64,000 bases of DNA from Chloroflexota bacterium (lineage in GTDB: Bacteria; Chloroflexota; Limnocylindria; P2-11E). Shown here one piece after another: positions 15,932-28,232 of the stretch (its first letter is position 1; each line of letters begins with the position of its first letter). Under the pieces are notes generated by a model. That model was not told the DNA's origin and did no database searches. It was given only the letters and a program-made list of their open reading frames with translations. The translations under genes were made by a program, and so were the position numbers. The stretch is taken from contig JBBPIQ010000009.1 in assembly GCA_038040345.1 (NCBI GenBank), forward strand, positions 3,165 to 67,164. The letters run 5' to 3'.

Positions 15932-17131
15932 TCACCGGCACTGGGTCAGTCGGGCAGGGTTGACGATTCGGAGGTACTCCTCATAGCGGTGCCGCGCGTC
16001 GGCGAGCAGATCGGCGAACGTGCGGATCACGACCGCGGTCCGGTACTTCACGGTGCGCCGCACGTCCTCATTCATCGCCTGTCCGACGAGCGCGGCAGTC
16101 CAGCTGATGCCGCGGGTGTGCTCCTCTGCCAGCACGAGGTAGCGCTCGGCCTGATTCAGGTCCGCGAGCGTGAGGCGATGCGCAGGCCGCTTGATCTCGA
16201 TGATGACGCCCTGGAGGCCGAGCTGGACACACGCGAAGTCCGGTCGCCGCGCCGCCTCGGCGCGGCGCTCCTTCTGGATCGCCCGGCCGATGAGCGTCCG
16301 GAGGGTGCGGTTGCTGCTCATGAGCCAGTACCGCTCGTCCACCAGCCACATCGCGCTCTCGAGCACGCGGTGGATCGAGCGGTCCCCTTTGAGCTCGTAC
16401 GTCTTGTCGTCGAGGACGAGTTTCTCGAAGAGGTCGATCGTCTCGAGGCGCTGGCGGATCTGGCCCACGAGCTGGATGATCTGATGGAGCGACCAGGACT
16501 CAAGAAGGCCCTCCAGCTTCGCAAGCGCCTCGCCGCCCTCGGCCGGGAGGCGCTCGATGAGTGCCCGGTAGGCCGCGAGAAAAGGCCGGCCGAGCTTGGC
16601 CTCCTGACGACTGATCCGTTCCACAAGCGCGACCGCCTCCGGCGACCAGGCTTCTACGGCTCCTTCGGCGGGATCCGAAGCTAAAACTTCGCGCGCGAGT
16701 TCCGGGTTTTGACGGACGAGCTCGCGCAGCTCGTTCTTTCCAAGCGCCGCTGCCGGGAGCGCGCTGCGGGTCGCGAGGGTTTTCCACCCAAGACTCGGGC
16801 CGAAGTCGCGCTCGACGATCTCGCGCACGCGGGTCCATTGCTCGGGCGTGGAGATGTGCAAGCTCGGGCTTCGTCCGGCGCTGCCCGGCCACCATTTCGA
16901 AAGCGTGATCCGCGGGTGGGGCTCGCCGAAGCGCTCATTCGACTTCGTGATCTGGACCTCGAACTGCTTTGTAACCTCGCGGCGCGCGAGCACCCAGGGC
17001 GGAGCGAGGCGCGCGCTGCCGCACGTCGCGCAGATCTTGGCATCGGGCTTGTTCGGGGCGCCGCACTTCTTGCAGATCCGCGCGCCCTGAACCGGAGCTG
17101 CGGCAGGGTCTTCGGTCTTCCGCACCGGCAT
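15932..17131 (-). CDS. Shedu-like (SduA / DUF4263) PD-(D/E)xK defence nuclease with an N-terminal zinc ribbon
   Basis: CKKCGAPNKPDAKICATCGS zinc ribbon. C-terminal HRVLESAMWLVDERYW...PDFACVQLGLQGVIIEIKRP...QAERY fits the DUF4263 D..E.K core. The listed ORF start at 17509 is an Arg-rich extension, and the ATG at 17131 (MPVRKTEDP) is preferred. Confidence 0.6.
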   Translation of the reverse strand: MPVRKTEDPAAAPVQGARICKKCGAPNKPDAKICATCGSARLAPPWVLARREVTKQFEVQITKSNERFGEPHPRITLSKWWPGSAGRSPSLHISTPEQWTRVREIVERDFGPSLGWKTLATRSALPAAALGKNELRELVRQNPELAREVLASDPAEGAVEAWSPEAVALVERISRQEAKLGRPFLAAYRALIERLPAEGGEALAKLEGLLESWSLHQIIQLVGQIRQRLETIDLFEKLVLDDKTYELKGDRSIHRVLESAMWLVDERYWLMSSNRTLRTLIGRAIQKERRAEAARRPDFACVQLGLQGVIIEIKRPAHRLTLADLNQAERYLVLAEEHTRGISWTAALVGQAMNEDVRRTVKYRTAVVIRTFADLLADARHRYEEYLRIVNPARLTQCR

Positions 17132-17220
17132 TGGCGCTCGCTTTAAATCTCGCGCCGAAGAACGAGTGGAGGCAGAGGCCGTGGCCCGGCGGCGCTTTGA
17201 TCCCGGGCTCTTCCCTCGTT

Positions 17221-18096
17221 TCACGCGCCGCTGCTCTCTCGACGCTCGACTGGGACGTCCACCACGGTCACGGGGACGTCGATGAGCGGGAAACGCCCGG
17301 TTCGACCGGCGACCTGCCAGATCTCGCCGAAAGGTCCGACGCTCCCACGAAGCGCATCGAGAGATGTAAACCGGAACGCCCTGCTTATCCGTGAGGCCTC
17401 CGTTCGGCCGCTGAAGATGGCTTCGGTCGCTCCGCGGAGCGCGCTCGAGCGCCGCTCGGTCCGCGTCACCGTGAGGATGAGCGGCCAGACCGGAAGGCGC
17501 ACGCGCCACGAACCGCCGCGATAGAGGTCCAGATACCGCTCGATCTTGCGTCCGAAAAAGCGGCTTCTCTCGCTTCCGCGATCGGCCTCGATGAACGCAT
17601 GGATGCGGCGCTGTGCGGTCTCATAGATAAAGCGTGCGTCCGGAGCGACCGGCTGGCGTCCAAGGCTCTCGGCCACCTGCCAATCGCACTCCCAGATGAG
17701 CGCGTCACCGTCGCGATGAGCGCGAGCCTGGCGGAGGAAGGCGAGCGCGATCTCCGCGACCATGAGGGCGTGCGCCAAGAGAAAGGTCCCTTCGACGCGC
17801 GGACGCCGCAGCGGGAGGCCAGGCTCGAGCGCTCCGAAGACCCTCCGGCCTGAAGCTGTGAGGAAGTACGCGATACGGGTGGGCATGCCGTCGGGATCGC
17901 CCGCGAGTAGCGCGTTGGTCGTGATGAGCTGGCGTTGTCGTAGGCGCCGGAGGATTCGCCAGGTGCCGACCTCGCGGGAGTGAGCGCTAAGCGGGGACTC
18001 GCCGAGGACGAACTCCTCGATCTGGGCGCGGCTCAGAAAACGATACATCCCGAGGTACCGGAGCGCGTCCATCTCGCGGGAAGATCCTTCGATCAT
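17221..18096 (-). CDS. Replication-relaxation (Replic_Relax) family protein
   Basis: MDALRYLGMYRFLSRAQIEEFV...RILRRLRQRQLI...PDARFIY......AFIEADRGSE fits the family pattern. Candidate starts are ATG 18096 or ATG 18072, and the listed 18201 start adds a low-complexity extension. Confidence 0.65.
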   Translation of the reverse strand: MIEGSSREMDALRYLGMYRFLSRAQIEEFVLGESPLSAHSREVGTWRILRRLRQRQLITTNALLAGDPDGMPTRIAYFLTASGRRVFGALEPGLPLRRPRVEGTFLLAHALMVAEIALAFLRQARAHRDGDALIWECDWQVAESLGRQPVAPDARFIYETAQRRIHAFIEADRGSERSRFFGRKIERYLDLYRGGSWRVRLPVWPLILTVTRTERRSSALRGATEAIFSGRTEASRISRAFRFTSLDALRGSVGPFGEIWQVAGRTGRFPLIDVPVTVVDVPVERRESSGA

Positions 18097-18271
18097 CTGC
18101 GAATAACATGACGCGGAAAAACTCCCGCCAGCCGGCGGCTGGTTTCCCGCACGAATCGGGGCTCTTGAGTGTGGTGGCCGACCACCGCGTGACCCACACA
18201 CCGCACAACACTTCGCGCGGGCCTCGACTCGGAATGGATCCGCCCTCTGGCCGCCGCCCGGAAGACCACGC

Positions 18272-20554
18272 TCACGGCTGGACCACCCCGACCTGTTCCT
18301 CCGTCTTCGCGGTGCTGCCCTTGCCCAGTGCCGCCTCGAGCGCAGCGTCGATCTCGGCGACGGGTTTCCCGTGGCGCTCGCGTGAGGCAGCCACGATCTC
18401 GTCGCGAAGCGAAGGTTCCTCGACCACGGCCGCTGGCAGGGTGCGCAAGGTGAAGGGCGCGGAGGTGTGTCCGCCGATCGAAAGACGCGCCGCCGCCTCG
18501 AAACGCCCTAAGGAAAGGAGCGCGGTCGCATCGAGCGGCGCGAACTCCCGGGCAAGTGTCGCGGCATCGTCGTGGCCGCACTGGAACACCAATCTGCTGC
18601 GGGCGTTGGCGCGCACCGCCTCGCGCAGCTCCCGCGGCAGCTGGCCCAGATGCTGGTTGGCGATGATCAGCGAAAGGCGCAGGCTCCGGGCCTGAGCCAA
18701 GGCATCCCCGAACGGACCCGCGATACCCAGGAAGTTCTGGAACTCGTCGATATAAAGGAAGAAGTCGCGACGGTCGGCTTCTGGAATGCGCGAGCGTCCG
18801 AGCACCGCCTGCCAGAGCCGGGCGACGAGGAAGCTGCCGACAAGCGCGGCCGCGGTCTGGCCCCAGCGGCCGACGTTGAGATCGGCGAGCAGGATCTGCC
18901 CTGTGTCGACGACGGTGCGCAGATCGACCTTCGAGTGTGGCTGACAGAGCAGATGCCGCAGCCGCGGACGGATCAAAAAGTCGCGGAGCTTATTGAGCAC
19001 CGGTCCGATGGCTTCGCCGCGCTGACCCTCGCTGAGCCCTTCGAACCATATCCAGAACCCCTCGAGGCCTAGGGGGTCGTGGAGCCCTTGAGTGATCCTC
19101 CGGCGAAAGCCCGGATCTGTGAGCAGCACCGGGATGTGGGCGAGGGTCGGCTCCGGGGTGCGGAGGAGGGTGAGCAGCGAAGACTTGAGGATGTCGTCGG
19201 TGCGCATGCCCCAGAAGCGCTCGTAGATGCGTTTGAAGATGGTGAGCGTGTTTTCGGCGACGAGCTCCTGGTCGTCGCCCGGTGCGAGCTCGAGCGGGTT
19301 GAGTCCGACCGAGGTATCCAGATCGTCCGGGGTGATGAGAACCACGTCCTTGACCCGTGCGGCCGGGATGCGCGCGAGGACGCCTTCCACGAGATCGCCC
19401 TTGGGATCAAGCACCGCGACCCCGCGACCCGCCGCGATGTCCGCGACCGCGAGGTTGAGCATGGCCGTGGACTTCCCGGTGCCGGTCGCACCCAGAAGAT
19501 GCAGGTGCTGACGCGAGTCCGGAATCGAAAGACCGACCGGCACGTTCTCGCCGGCCCAGGTCGAGACTCCAAGTCGTCGCTCGCCCTGCTGCACCCCGGC
19601 TGGCGGCGGAACCTTCGGCGAGCGGATGAGCGCAAGCGACGGCAGCGCGGCGTGCGGCGGATGCCAGAGACCCGCGAGCTCGTCGGCGCAGAGGATGAAA
19701 CTGCCGAAAAGCGGGAACCGCCGGGCGCGCGAAGGATCGCGAGGGCGCGCGGCGCCGGCCGGGCCGAAGGCGAACTTGTTGTCGCCGGCGTAGACACCGA
19801 AGCCCGCAGCGACTCCGCGGAGGAGCTCAGCCGAGCGCGCGCGGCTCGCGCTCGCCGCGTGCACCTGGAGCACGCAGTCGAACCCCGGGCTCGCCGCCTT
19901 CCCCTCGATCGACGCGGCGTGCCGGCGCTCGAACTCCCAGGTGCGCCCCCCGATCACACCCGGCAGCGGAAGTGCCGTGCCGGCGCGGCCATCGCGCAGG
20001 CGCTGCGCTCGGGCGATCGCGCGGCGCTCCCAGTGCTCGCTCTTGGGACGGACCAAGAAATCCAGCGAGAGCTCCTCACCCTCGCCGGCGCGCGCGGCCG
20101 CCGCGATGAGCGCGGCCAGCGGCTCGTCGGCGAAGCGCGTCTTGATCGGAAGGAGGTCGCCGCGCGCGAGGCGCGCCCGCATCACGGCGTGATTGCGGGT
20201 GGCGAGCGCGGGCTCGCCGAGCGTGGTGAGCTCGACGCCGGGGTACGCCCCGCGCAGCACTCCCAGGACGAAGTCCGCGTGCCCCTGCGGGATCCAGATG
20301 CGCAAACCGACCTGCCGCGCGCGGCTCGTGAGGCCGAGCGCGATGAAGGGCTGACCCGCGATCAGTCGCTCGAGCTCGGGACGCAAGAGGCCGTGGAGAC
20401 CGATGAGCAGCTGCCCCGGTGAACCGCTCGCCGCGGGCGCGGTCACCTCGTAGGTCTGCCCCGCGAAGCGACGGAGCCGGCCGCGAAACGCAAGCATGAG
20501 CACGACGAGGACGAGCGGCACGATGATCGAAGCGGCGGTCGCGGCGATCTCCAT
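18272..20554 (-). CDS. Type IV coupling protein (TraD/VirD4/TcpA-like ATPase)
   Basis: N-terminal TM MEIAATAASIIVPLVLVVLML, Walker A LLGATGTGKST, Walker B FFLYIDEFQNF, and ANQHLGQLP. The listed 963-aa ORF includes ~200 aa of Arg-rich out-of-gene extension overlapping the CHAP gene. Confidence 0.8.
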   Translation of the reverse strand: MEIAATAASIIVPLVLVVLMLAFRGRLRRFAGQTYEVTAPAASGSPGQLLIGLHGLLRPELERLIAGQPFIALGLTSRARQVGLRIWIPQGHADFVLGVLRGAYPGVELTTLGEPALATRNHAVMRARLARGDLLPIKTRFADEPLAALIAAAARAGEGEELSLDFLVRPKSEHWERRAIARAQRLRDGRAGTALPLPGVIGGRTWEFERRHAASIEGKAASPGFDCVLQVHAASASRARSAELLRGVAAGFGVYAGDNKFAFGPAGAARPRDPSRARRFPLFGSFILCADELAGLWHPPHAALPSLALIRSPKVPPPAGVQQGERRLGVSTWAGENVPVGLSIPDSRQHLHLLGATGTGKSTAMLNLAVADIAAGRGVAVLDPKGDLVEGVLARIPAARVKDVVLITPDDLDTSVGLNPLELAPGDDQELVAENTLTIFKRIYERFWGMRTDDILKSSLLTLLRTPEPTLAHIPVLLTDPGFRRRITQGLHDPLGLEGFWIWFEGLSEGQRGEAIGPVLNKLRDFLIRPRLRHLLCQPHSKVDLRTVVDTGQILLADLNVGRWGQTAAALVGSFLVARLWQAVLGRSRIPEADRRDFFLYIDEFQNFLGIAGPFGDALAQARSLRLSLIIANQHLGQLPRELREAVRANARSRLVFQCGHDDAATLAREFAPLDATALLSLGRFEAAARLSIGGHTSAPFTLRTLPAAVVEEPSLRDEIVAASRERHGKPVAEIDAALEAALGKGSTAKTEEQVGVVQP

Positions 20555-20586
20555 GAGGTGATCGAGGACGGCGAGCGCGGCTGACG

Positions 20587-21066
20587 TCAGCCCGTCTCCG
20601 CGTCGCTCCGCGGGATGAACCCCTGCACATCCGGATCGGGCCAGCCGATTACCCGCGTGCTCACCCGCCCCCAACCGGCGGCGGCGTTCATCTCGCTCAC
20701 GGTGTACTGAGAAGGCGTGACCGCGACCACGATGGCGACGTGCCCGAGCGGGCTGTACCGTCCGCCGGGCCAATAGACGACGATCGCGCCGAGCGAGGGC
20801 TCCGCGCTCGTGGGCACGCCCATCGCGCTCGCGTTTGTGAGCCAGTCCCCCGCGTTGCCGCCCCAGGTGACGCGACGGTTGTATGCCGCCCACCAGGTGC
20901 ACTGACCGAAGGGAAAGCGGTTCGGGAAGCCGCCCGAGGGGACCCATGAAAACGGCGGCTCGACGGGCGCGGCTCGCGGCGCGACCGCCACGGCGGCGAC
21001 CGGCGCTCCGATGACCGCAGGGACGATGAGCAGAAGAAGCAACGGCGCGGCGAGCGCGAGCTTCAT
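20587..21066 (-). CDS. Secreted CHAP-domain peptidoglycan hydrolase
   Basis: Signal peptide MKLALAAPLLLLLIVPAVIG, catalytic Cys context FGQCTWWAA and His context GHVAIVV. The ATG overlaps the VirB4 TGA (ATGA). Confidence 0.8.
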   Translation of the reverse strand: MKLALAAPLLLLLIVPAVIGAPVAAVAVAPRAAPVEPPFSWVPSGGFPNRFPFGQCTWWAAYNRRVTWGGNAGDWLTNASAMGVPTSAEPSLGAIVVYWPGGRYSPLGHVAIVVAVTPSQYTVSEMNAAAGWGRVSTRVIGWPDPDVQGFIPRSDAETG

Positions 21067-23312
21067 GTCGCGCGCCCGCCCGCGATGAGGCGCGCCTCCT
21101 CGGCCGTGGCCACAACTTGAAAGGGGACGCGCTTCCCTTGCGCGACGAGGAGCCCTTCGCCACGCGCCGCGCCGAGCAGCCAGCTCTGCTCCGCGCGGGT
21201 CAGCCGGAAGAGCTCGGCCAGACGCGGCATGGCCTGCGGCGCCTGCTTCATCAGCACCTGGAGCGCGGCGTTGGCGATGACCGCCTCGCCGTCGGGACTC
21301 GCGAGCACATCGCCGACGTCCTGCGTCACGAGGGTGAGTCCCGCGCGGCGCTTGCGCGCGGTCTTGACCAGCCGGAAGAGATACGCCGCGGTGTCCGCGT
21401 GACGCATGAGCCACCAGGCTTCGTCGACCACGACGAGGGTCGGGCGGCTCGAGTCGGCGAGGCTCGACCAGATCGCATCGAGCACTAGGAACATCGCGGC
21501 GGCGCGCTCTTCCTCCGGCAATCCCGCGAGCACGTACACGACGCCGAGCCCATTCGTCGTCCCCGGTGGCGAAGTGTTCTCGTCTCGAGAGAAGAGCCAT
21601 CCGCTCGCACCGCTCACGTACGGGGAGAGCCGCCGCGCCAGGTCCTCGAGCGTGGCCGTACCCACCAGACACGCGCGAAGGTCCGCGAGGTTCGGTGCGC
21701 GCAGGGCGGTCGTGGCTCGGCCGTCGGCGAAGCCGGCACGCGCGTATATAAAGGAGAGCGCGCTCGCGATCGCGGCGCGCTCGCCCGGAGCGAAGCCGCC
21801 GACGAGCAGCGCGACGAGCGTCTCGAGCACGGCGATGCGACTGGTCAGCGCACCCGGCGAAGCGTCGGCGACCGCGAACGGGTCGAGACCCATCGCGGCG
21901 CCGGGCCGCAGCGCGACGAGCGAGACCCCGAGCTGCGTGAGCAGCGGCGCGTATTCGCCCTCGGGATCGATGACCAAGGCGCGGTGCCCCGCGAGTAGCG
22001 CGCGGGCGAGTTCCACTTTGACCAGATACGACTTCCCCGCGCCGCTCGTCGCGAAGACGACGGCGTTGTGATTCTCCAGGGCGAAGCGATCGAGGAACAC
22101 CGGACTGCGCGTCGCGGCGTTCACTCCGTAGAGCAGACCGGCCCGCGCAGCGAGGTCCGTGCCGGTGAAGGGAAAGCTCGCCGAGAGCGCGCCCGTCGAG
22201 AGGACACGGCGCACGGCGACCGGCTCGATCCCGAGGGGGAGCGATGAGAGGAGCCCGCCGCGCATCTGAAAGAGGAGCCGGTGGGTCTGCATGATTCGCG
22301 TGCCGAGGAGCGCCTCCAGACGCAGCGTCGCCGCGTCGAGCTCGCCCGGGCTCCGCGCCCAGAGCGTGAAGTACAGGCCGACGTCGAAGAGCCGCTCCGT
22401 CCCCTGCGCCACACGATCCTGCAGCTCGAGCGCATCCTGAAGCGCGGCGCGCCGATAGGGATCGCCGCGTCCGCCGGATTGCTCGATCAGGCGGACCGTC
22501 GAGGAGAGCTCGGCGACCCGCCGCTCCAGGAACGCCATCACCGCGGGGCCCGCGCTCGGACGAAGGTGCAGCGCGACATCGAGGTCGCCGTCGAACGCTT
22601 GAAGGTCGCCGAGCCAGCCCGGCTCAAGGCGCGCGGGATACCGAGTGAGCGCGACGGTCCGCGCGAAGCGCTCGCTGACCCCAACCCATGCGGCGTGCTC
22701 AACGAACCCGGCGGGGGCCACGAGGTCGGCGGCATCGAGGACGCTCGCGCCGGGCGCGAGCGGCTGCTCGAGCGCAACCGGATCGAGGCTACGGCGGAGG
22801 AGGTCCGCGAGCTCCGGATCCGGAAGGCGGCGCGGCTGGAGATCGAGGCGGCGGAGGGATCCCTCGATCCAGCGCACACGCTGTTCCAGTGCGGCGAGAC
22901 CCTCCGCCGCATTCGACCCGCGGTGACGAGAAGCGTCGTCCCAGGGGACGACGACGTAGAAGCGGCGGTCCACGATGCGCCGCTCGCTCGCGAGCTCGCC
23001 GAGGAGCCTCGCGTAGGACGCACTGAATGGCGCGCGCCGCTCATCACTGGGTGCGGAGAGCGGCGGCAGCGCCCGTGTGTCGAGCGCTCGCGTGCGGATG
23101 ACGATCTGGAGCGGGTGCGCGAGCGAGTTGAGGAGAGCGGCCCAGCCGTCAACGATCGCGCGCTGCTCGGCCTCGCCCTTGATGCCGAAGGCGAGCGTCG
23201 GGCATTCGAGGATCGCGCGCAGGCCGCCGTCTCGCAGACACAACGCGTCGGCGGCGATCGCGGCGAGCGGCACGAGCTCGCGCGTCGGCCGCCGCCGGTG
23301 CGGGAGCCTCAC
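21063..23312 (-). CDS. VirB4/TrbE-family conjugal transfer ATPase
   Basis: Walker A VVFATSGAGKSYLVK and Walker B TLVVVDEAWWLM, with LVTQ downstream. The GTG at 23312 overlaps the PrgI-like stop (GTGA), and the listed start at 23522 overlaps that gene. Confidence 0.85.
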   Translation of the reverse strand: MRLPHRRRPTRELVPLAAIAADALCLRDGGLRAILECPTLAFGIKGEAEQRAIVDGWAALLNSLAHPLQIVIRTRALDTRALPPLSAPSDERRAPFSASYARLLGELASERRIVDRRFYVVVPWDDASRHRGSNAAEGLAALEQRVRWIEGSLRRLDLQPRRLPDPELADLLRRSLDPVALEQPLAPGASVLDAADLVAPAGFVEHAAWVGVSERFARTVALTRYPARLEPGWLGDLQAFDGDLDVALHLRPSAGPAVMAFLERRVAELSSTVRLIEQSGGRGDPYRRAALQDALELQDRVAQGTERLFDVGLYFTLWARSPGELDAATLRLEALLGTRIMQTHRLLFQMRGGLLSSLPLGIEPVAVRRVLSTGALSASFPFTGTDLAARAGLLYGVNAATRSPVFLDRFALENHNAVVFATSGAGKSYLVKVELARALLAGHRALVIDPEGEYAPLLTQLGVSLVALRPGAAMGLDPFAVADASPGALTSRIAVLETLVALLVGGFAPGERAAIASALSFIYARAGFADGRATTALRAPNLADLRACLVGTATLEDLARRLSPYVSGASGWLFSRDENTSPPGTTNGLGVVYVLAGLPEEERAAAMFLVLDAIWSSLADSSRPTLVVVDEAWWLMRHADTAAYLFRLVKTARKRRAGLTLVTQDVGDVLASPDGEAVIANAALQVLMKQAPQAMPRLAELFRLTRAEQSWLLGAARGEGLLVAQGKRVPFQVVATAEEARLIAGGRAT

Positions 23313-23599
23313 CCGAGATCTCCGGTCACGAGGACCCGCGCGCGGAGAACGTAGGCCCCAACGAGCCAGACCCATTCGCGCAGGGCCCGCTCGCGAAGGC
23401 GCGGGATCCCGAACGCGAACCCAAGGGCCGCCGCAGGTACGGCTGTGACGACGCGCAGCGCGAACGGGTCCGGCACCGCCAGATACAGCCACCATCCGAG
23501 CGCGACCCCGGTGACCACGCACACGAGATCAGACGCGCCCAGGCCGAAGGCCACGACATCGTTCAGATCCAGGTGCTGCGGAACCTTCACCGCTTTCAT
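23309..23599 (-). CDS. PrgI-family small membrane protein of conjugation systems
   Basis: MKAVKVPQHLDLNDVVAFGLGASDLV followed by two TM helices, positioned directly upstream of virB4 as is usual for PrgI. Confidence 0.6.
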   Translation of the reverse strand: MKAVKVPQHLDLNDVVAFGLGASDLVCVVTGVALGWWLYLAVPDPFALRVVTAVPAAALGFAFGIPRLRERALREWVWLVGAYVLRARVLVTGDLG

Positions 23600-23614
23600 G
23601 GCGCCAACGCTCCT

Positions 23615-24472
23615 TTAGAAGAGCGCGCGCGTGGCGCGCGCGGCGATCGCGACCGGCTGTGCGAGCGGCCCCTGGCGGATCGTCTGCCGGAAGGCCCAGT
23701 GGTACGCGACGAAGGGCAGCTTCACGAGTAGATAAAGGAGCGCGATGAGCATGAGCCCCGAGACCAGATCCGACGCGGCGCCGCCCAGCCAATCGCTGCG
23801 GCGCAGGAGCTGCAGCGCGACCAGGACCAGCACAGCCTGCACGACCTGGACGAAGAGCAGCCCGACGAACGCGCGCACCCAGAGGCGCGCGATCTCGTCG
23901 GTCTGCGGCAGCGCGTATGTCGCGAGCGCGAGCGGCGCGGCGACGGTCGCAAGGAGCAGCGCGAGATCCCGTCCGATGTACAGCGCGACGAGGAACATGG
24001 CGAGGACCGCCGCCCAGAGCGCGACCATGACCGACACGTACTGGTTCACCGGCTCCGCGCCGTGCATGGCGGCGGAGAGGTCGGCCACCGTGCGTGCGGC
24101 GGGATCCGCTCCCAGGAGTCCGGCGACGAGCGCGTTGTCGAGCTGGATCAAGGCACCGGTGAGCGCCAGGCTCGCGTTCGCCGCGACCGCGGCGAGGGCG
24201 AGCCGGCTGACAAGGAGCTTCGCGGAGTAGCGCGACTCGATCGTTCCCGAGGCCATCACCATGATCCCGGCGGCGAGGATCGCCAGGACGAAGAGCGAGT
24301 CGGCGATGCCGAGGACGAGCGACCAGGTCGCTCGCACCTCGGGGATCTGATCGAGTGCCGGGGTGGAGAAGAGCAGCGCGCCGACCGCCGCGAACGCCGC
24401 GCTGGTGAGCGCGGTCGCGACCGTCTGGAGGAATGCGGTGATCGCGTCGATGATCTGCGCGGTGAGGTCCAT
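23615..24472 (-). CDS. Polytopic membrane protein, VirB6/TrbL-like
   Basis: About 6 hydrophobic helices, located between the pilin-like and PrgI-like genes. No enzymatic motif. Confidence 0.55.
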   Translation of the reverse strand: MDLTAQIIDAITAFLQTVATALTSAAFAAVGALLFSTPALDQIPEVRATWSLVLGIADSLFVLAILAAGIMVMASGTIESRYSAKLLVSRLALAAVAANASLALTGALIQLDNALVAGLLGADPAARTVADLSAAMHGAEPVNQYVSVMVALWAAVLAMFLVALYIGRDLALLLATVAAPLALATYALPQTDEIARLWVRAFVGLLFVQVVQAVLVLVALQLLRRSDWLGGAASDLVSGLMLIALLYLLVKLPFVAYHWAFRQTIRQGPLAQPVAIAARATRALF

Positions 24473-24802
24473 CTATGTACCGAGGACCCGGCGCAGGATG
24501 TCCACGAGCAGCGGCGAAAGCGCCGCGAGGGCGTAGCCGATGAGCGCCGACTTGATGGCTTCCTTTCCTTCTTCGGCGGTGCGCTGGTTCCCGCCGGCGG
24601 TGAGGTAGCGGACCCCGCCGATCGTGAGGAAGAGCGTGGCGAGCGCAGCGAGCAGGCCCGCGACCCAGTTGCGGATGCTGTCTATCACCCCGTTCAGATC
24701 GCCCAGTGCGTACACCGGAAGGGCGAGCGTGACCGTGAAGGCGATAGCCGTCGCGGTCGCGGCCAGGAGCGACCGGCCGAAACGGGGTCTACGGACCTGC
24801 AT
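24473..24802 (-). CDS. TrbC/VirB2-like pilin
   Basis: Signal-like N-terminus, two hydrophobic helices, and a conserved-looking GGVRYLTAGGN loop. First gene of the module. Confidence 0.55.
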   Translation of the reverse strand: MQVRRPRFGRSLLAATATAIAFTVTLALPVYALGDLNGVIDSIRNWVAGLLAALATLFLTIGGVRYLTAGGNQRTAEEGKEAIKSALIGYALAALSPLLVDILRRVLGT

Positions 24803-25090
24803 AACTTCTCAATCGGCGATGGCTTGCGCCCCGCTCACCGCTCGATGCGAGTGCGCATGTCAGGGGATCTGGTTCGGCGGCAGCGGAAGGCATCGCAGCG
24901 CGGTCACACAATCTCAACCAAGGACCGCGGCTCCCGGTGACGGTTCCGTCCGAGACCGTGAGGCATAGAGAGCGTCCTCCGCAGATTCGGGCGGGCATCG
25001 ACAAAATCGGTCGCGCAAGGCGTGTCGCGCGCCCGGTCTGGCGCCGCTTTTAGTGCCCGAGCTGGCGATACGGCAAAATGAAGTCAAGCG

Positions 25091-27784
<2,694 letters not shown>

Positions 27785-27815
27785 GGCTACGCGCCAACCG
27801 ATGTGGCGAGTGAAT

Positions 27816-28232
27816 TTAGATCGGGGCAACTTCGGGTAGGGCCATGCGAGCGCTCTCTATCCACTTTCGAACCCGGTCCTCCGTCGGTGGCGCCTCGACG
27901 AGTTGACGCACGCGGTTCATGTCACGGAGATCCTCGGTGAGAACTTTCGCGTCTTTGTTCACAAGTGCGTCACGGTTTTGGACTCCAACCTCGTAGAGAA
28001 GCTCTGCAACGCCGATATCGACCTGGTCGCCGTAGAGCTGGCGTAGCCGAAGGAGAATCGCCCAGCGTTCGACCAGATGAGGAGCGATGTTGAGATGCGC
28101 GGCGAGGATCTCACGCTCCGCCGCAGTTCGAGTCCGCAAATGCAGCTTTTCGACAGAGTCGATGCCGCGCGCGCTGAGCGCGTCGGCCAATTTCGCCCCG
28201 ACCAAACCAATGCGCGCGAGCGGACTACCCAA
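27816..28232 (-). CDS. DUF4332 (helix-hairpin-helix) domain protein; may really be the C-terminus of the upstream ORF
   Basis: LARIGLVGAKLADALSARGIDSVEKL fits the DUF4332 start. It has only a TTG start and overlaps the 27959-30286 ORF by 274 nt in another frame. Confidence 0.5.
   Translation of the reverse strand: MGSPLARIGLVGAKLADALSARGIDSVEKLHLRTRTAAEREILAAHLNIAPHLVERWAILLRLRQLYGDQVDIGVAELLYEVGVQNRDALVNKDAKVLTEDLRDMNRVRQLVEAPPTEDRVRKWIESARMALPEVAPI

Larger units (their letters stand above)
17221..24802 (-). mobile_element. Conjugative type IV secretion module (Gram-positive/actinobacterial style) of an ICE or integrated plasmid; no relaxase or integrase seen in the window
   Basis: Seven co-directional genes with overlapping stops and starts: pilin-like, VirB6-like, PrgI-like, VirB4, CHAP hydrolase, coupling protein, replication-relaxation protein. 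Confidence 0.75.

Noticed and set aside
20555-21163. N-terminal ~200 aa of the listed 963-aa ORF, and similar extensions of 20587-21672, 21063-23522, 15932-17509 and 52531-53484
   Set aside because: The extensions overlap the upstream gene in another frame, are Arg-rich, and precede obvious true N-termini (a TM helix, a signal peptide, or coupled ATGA/GTGA starts).
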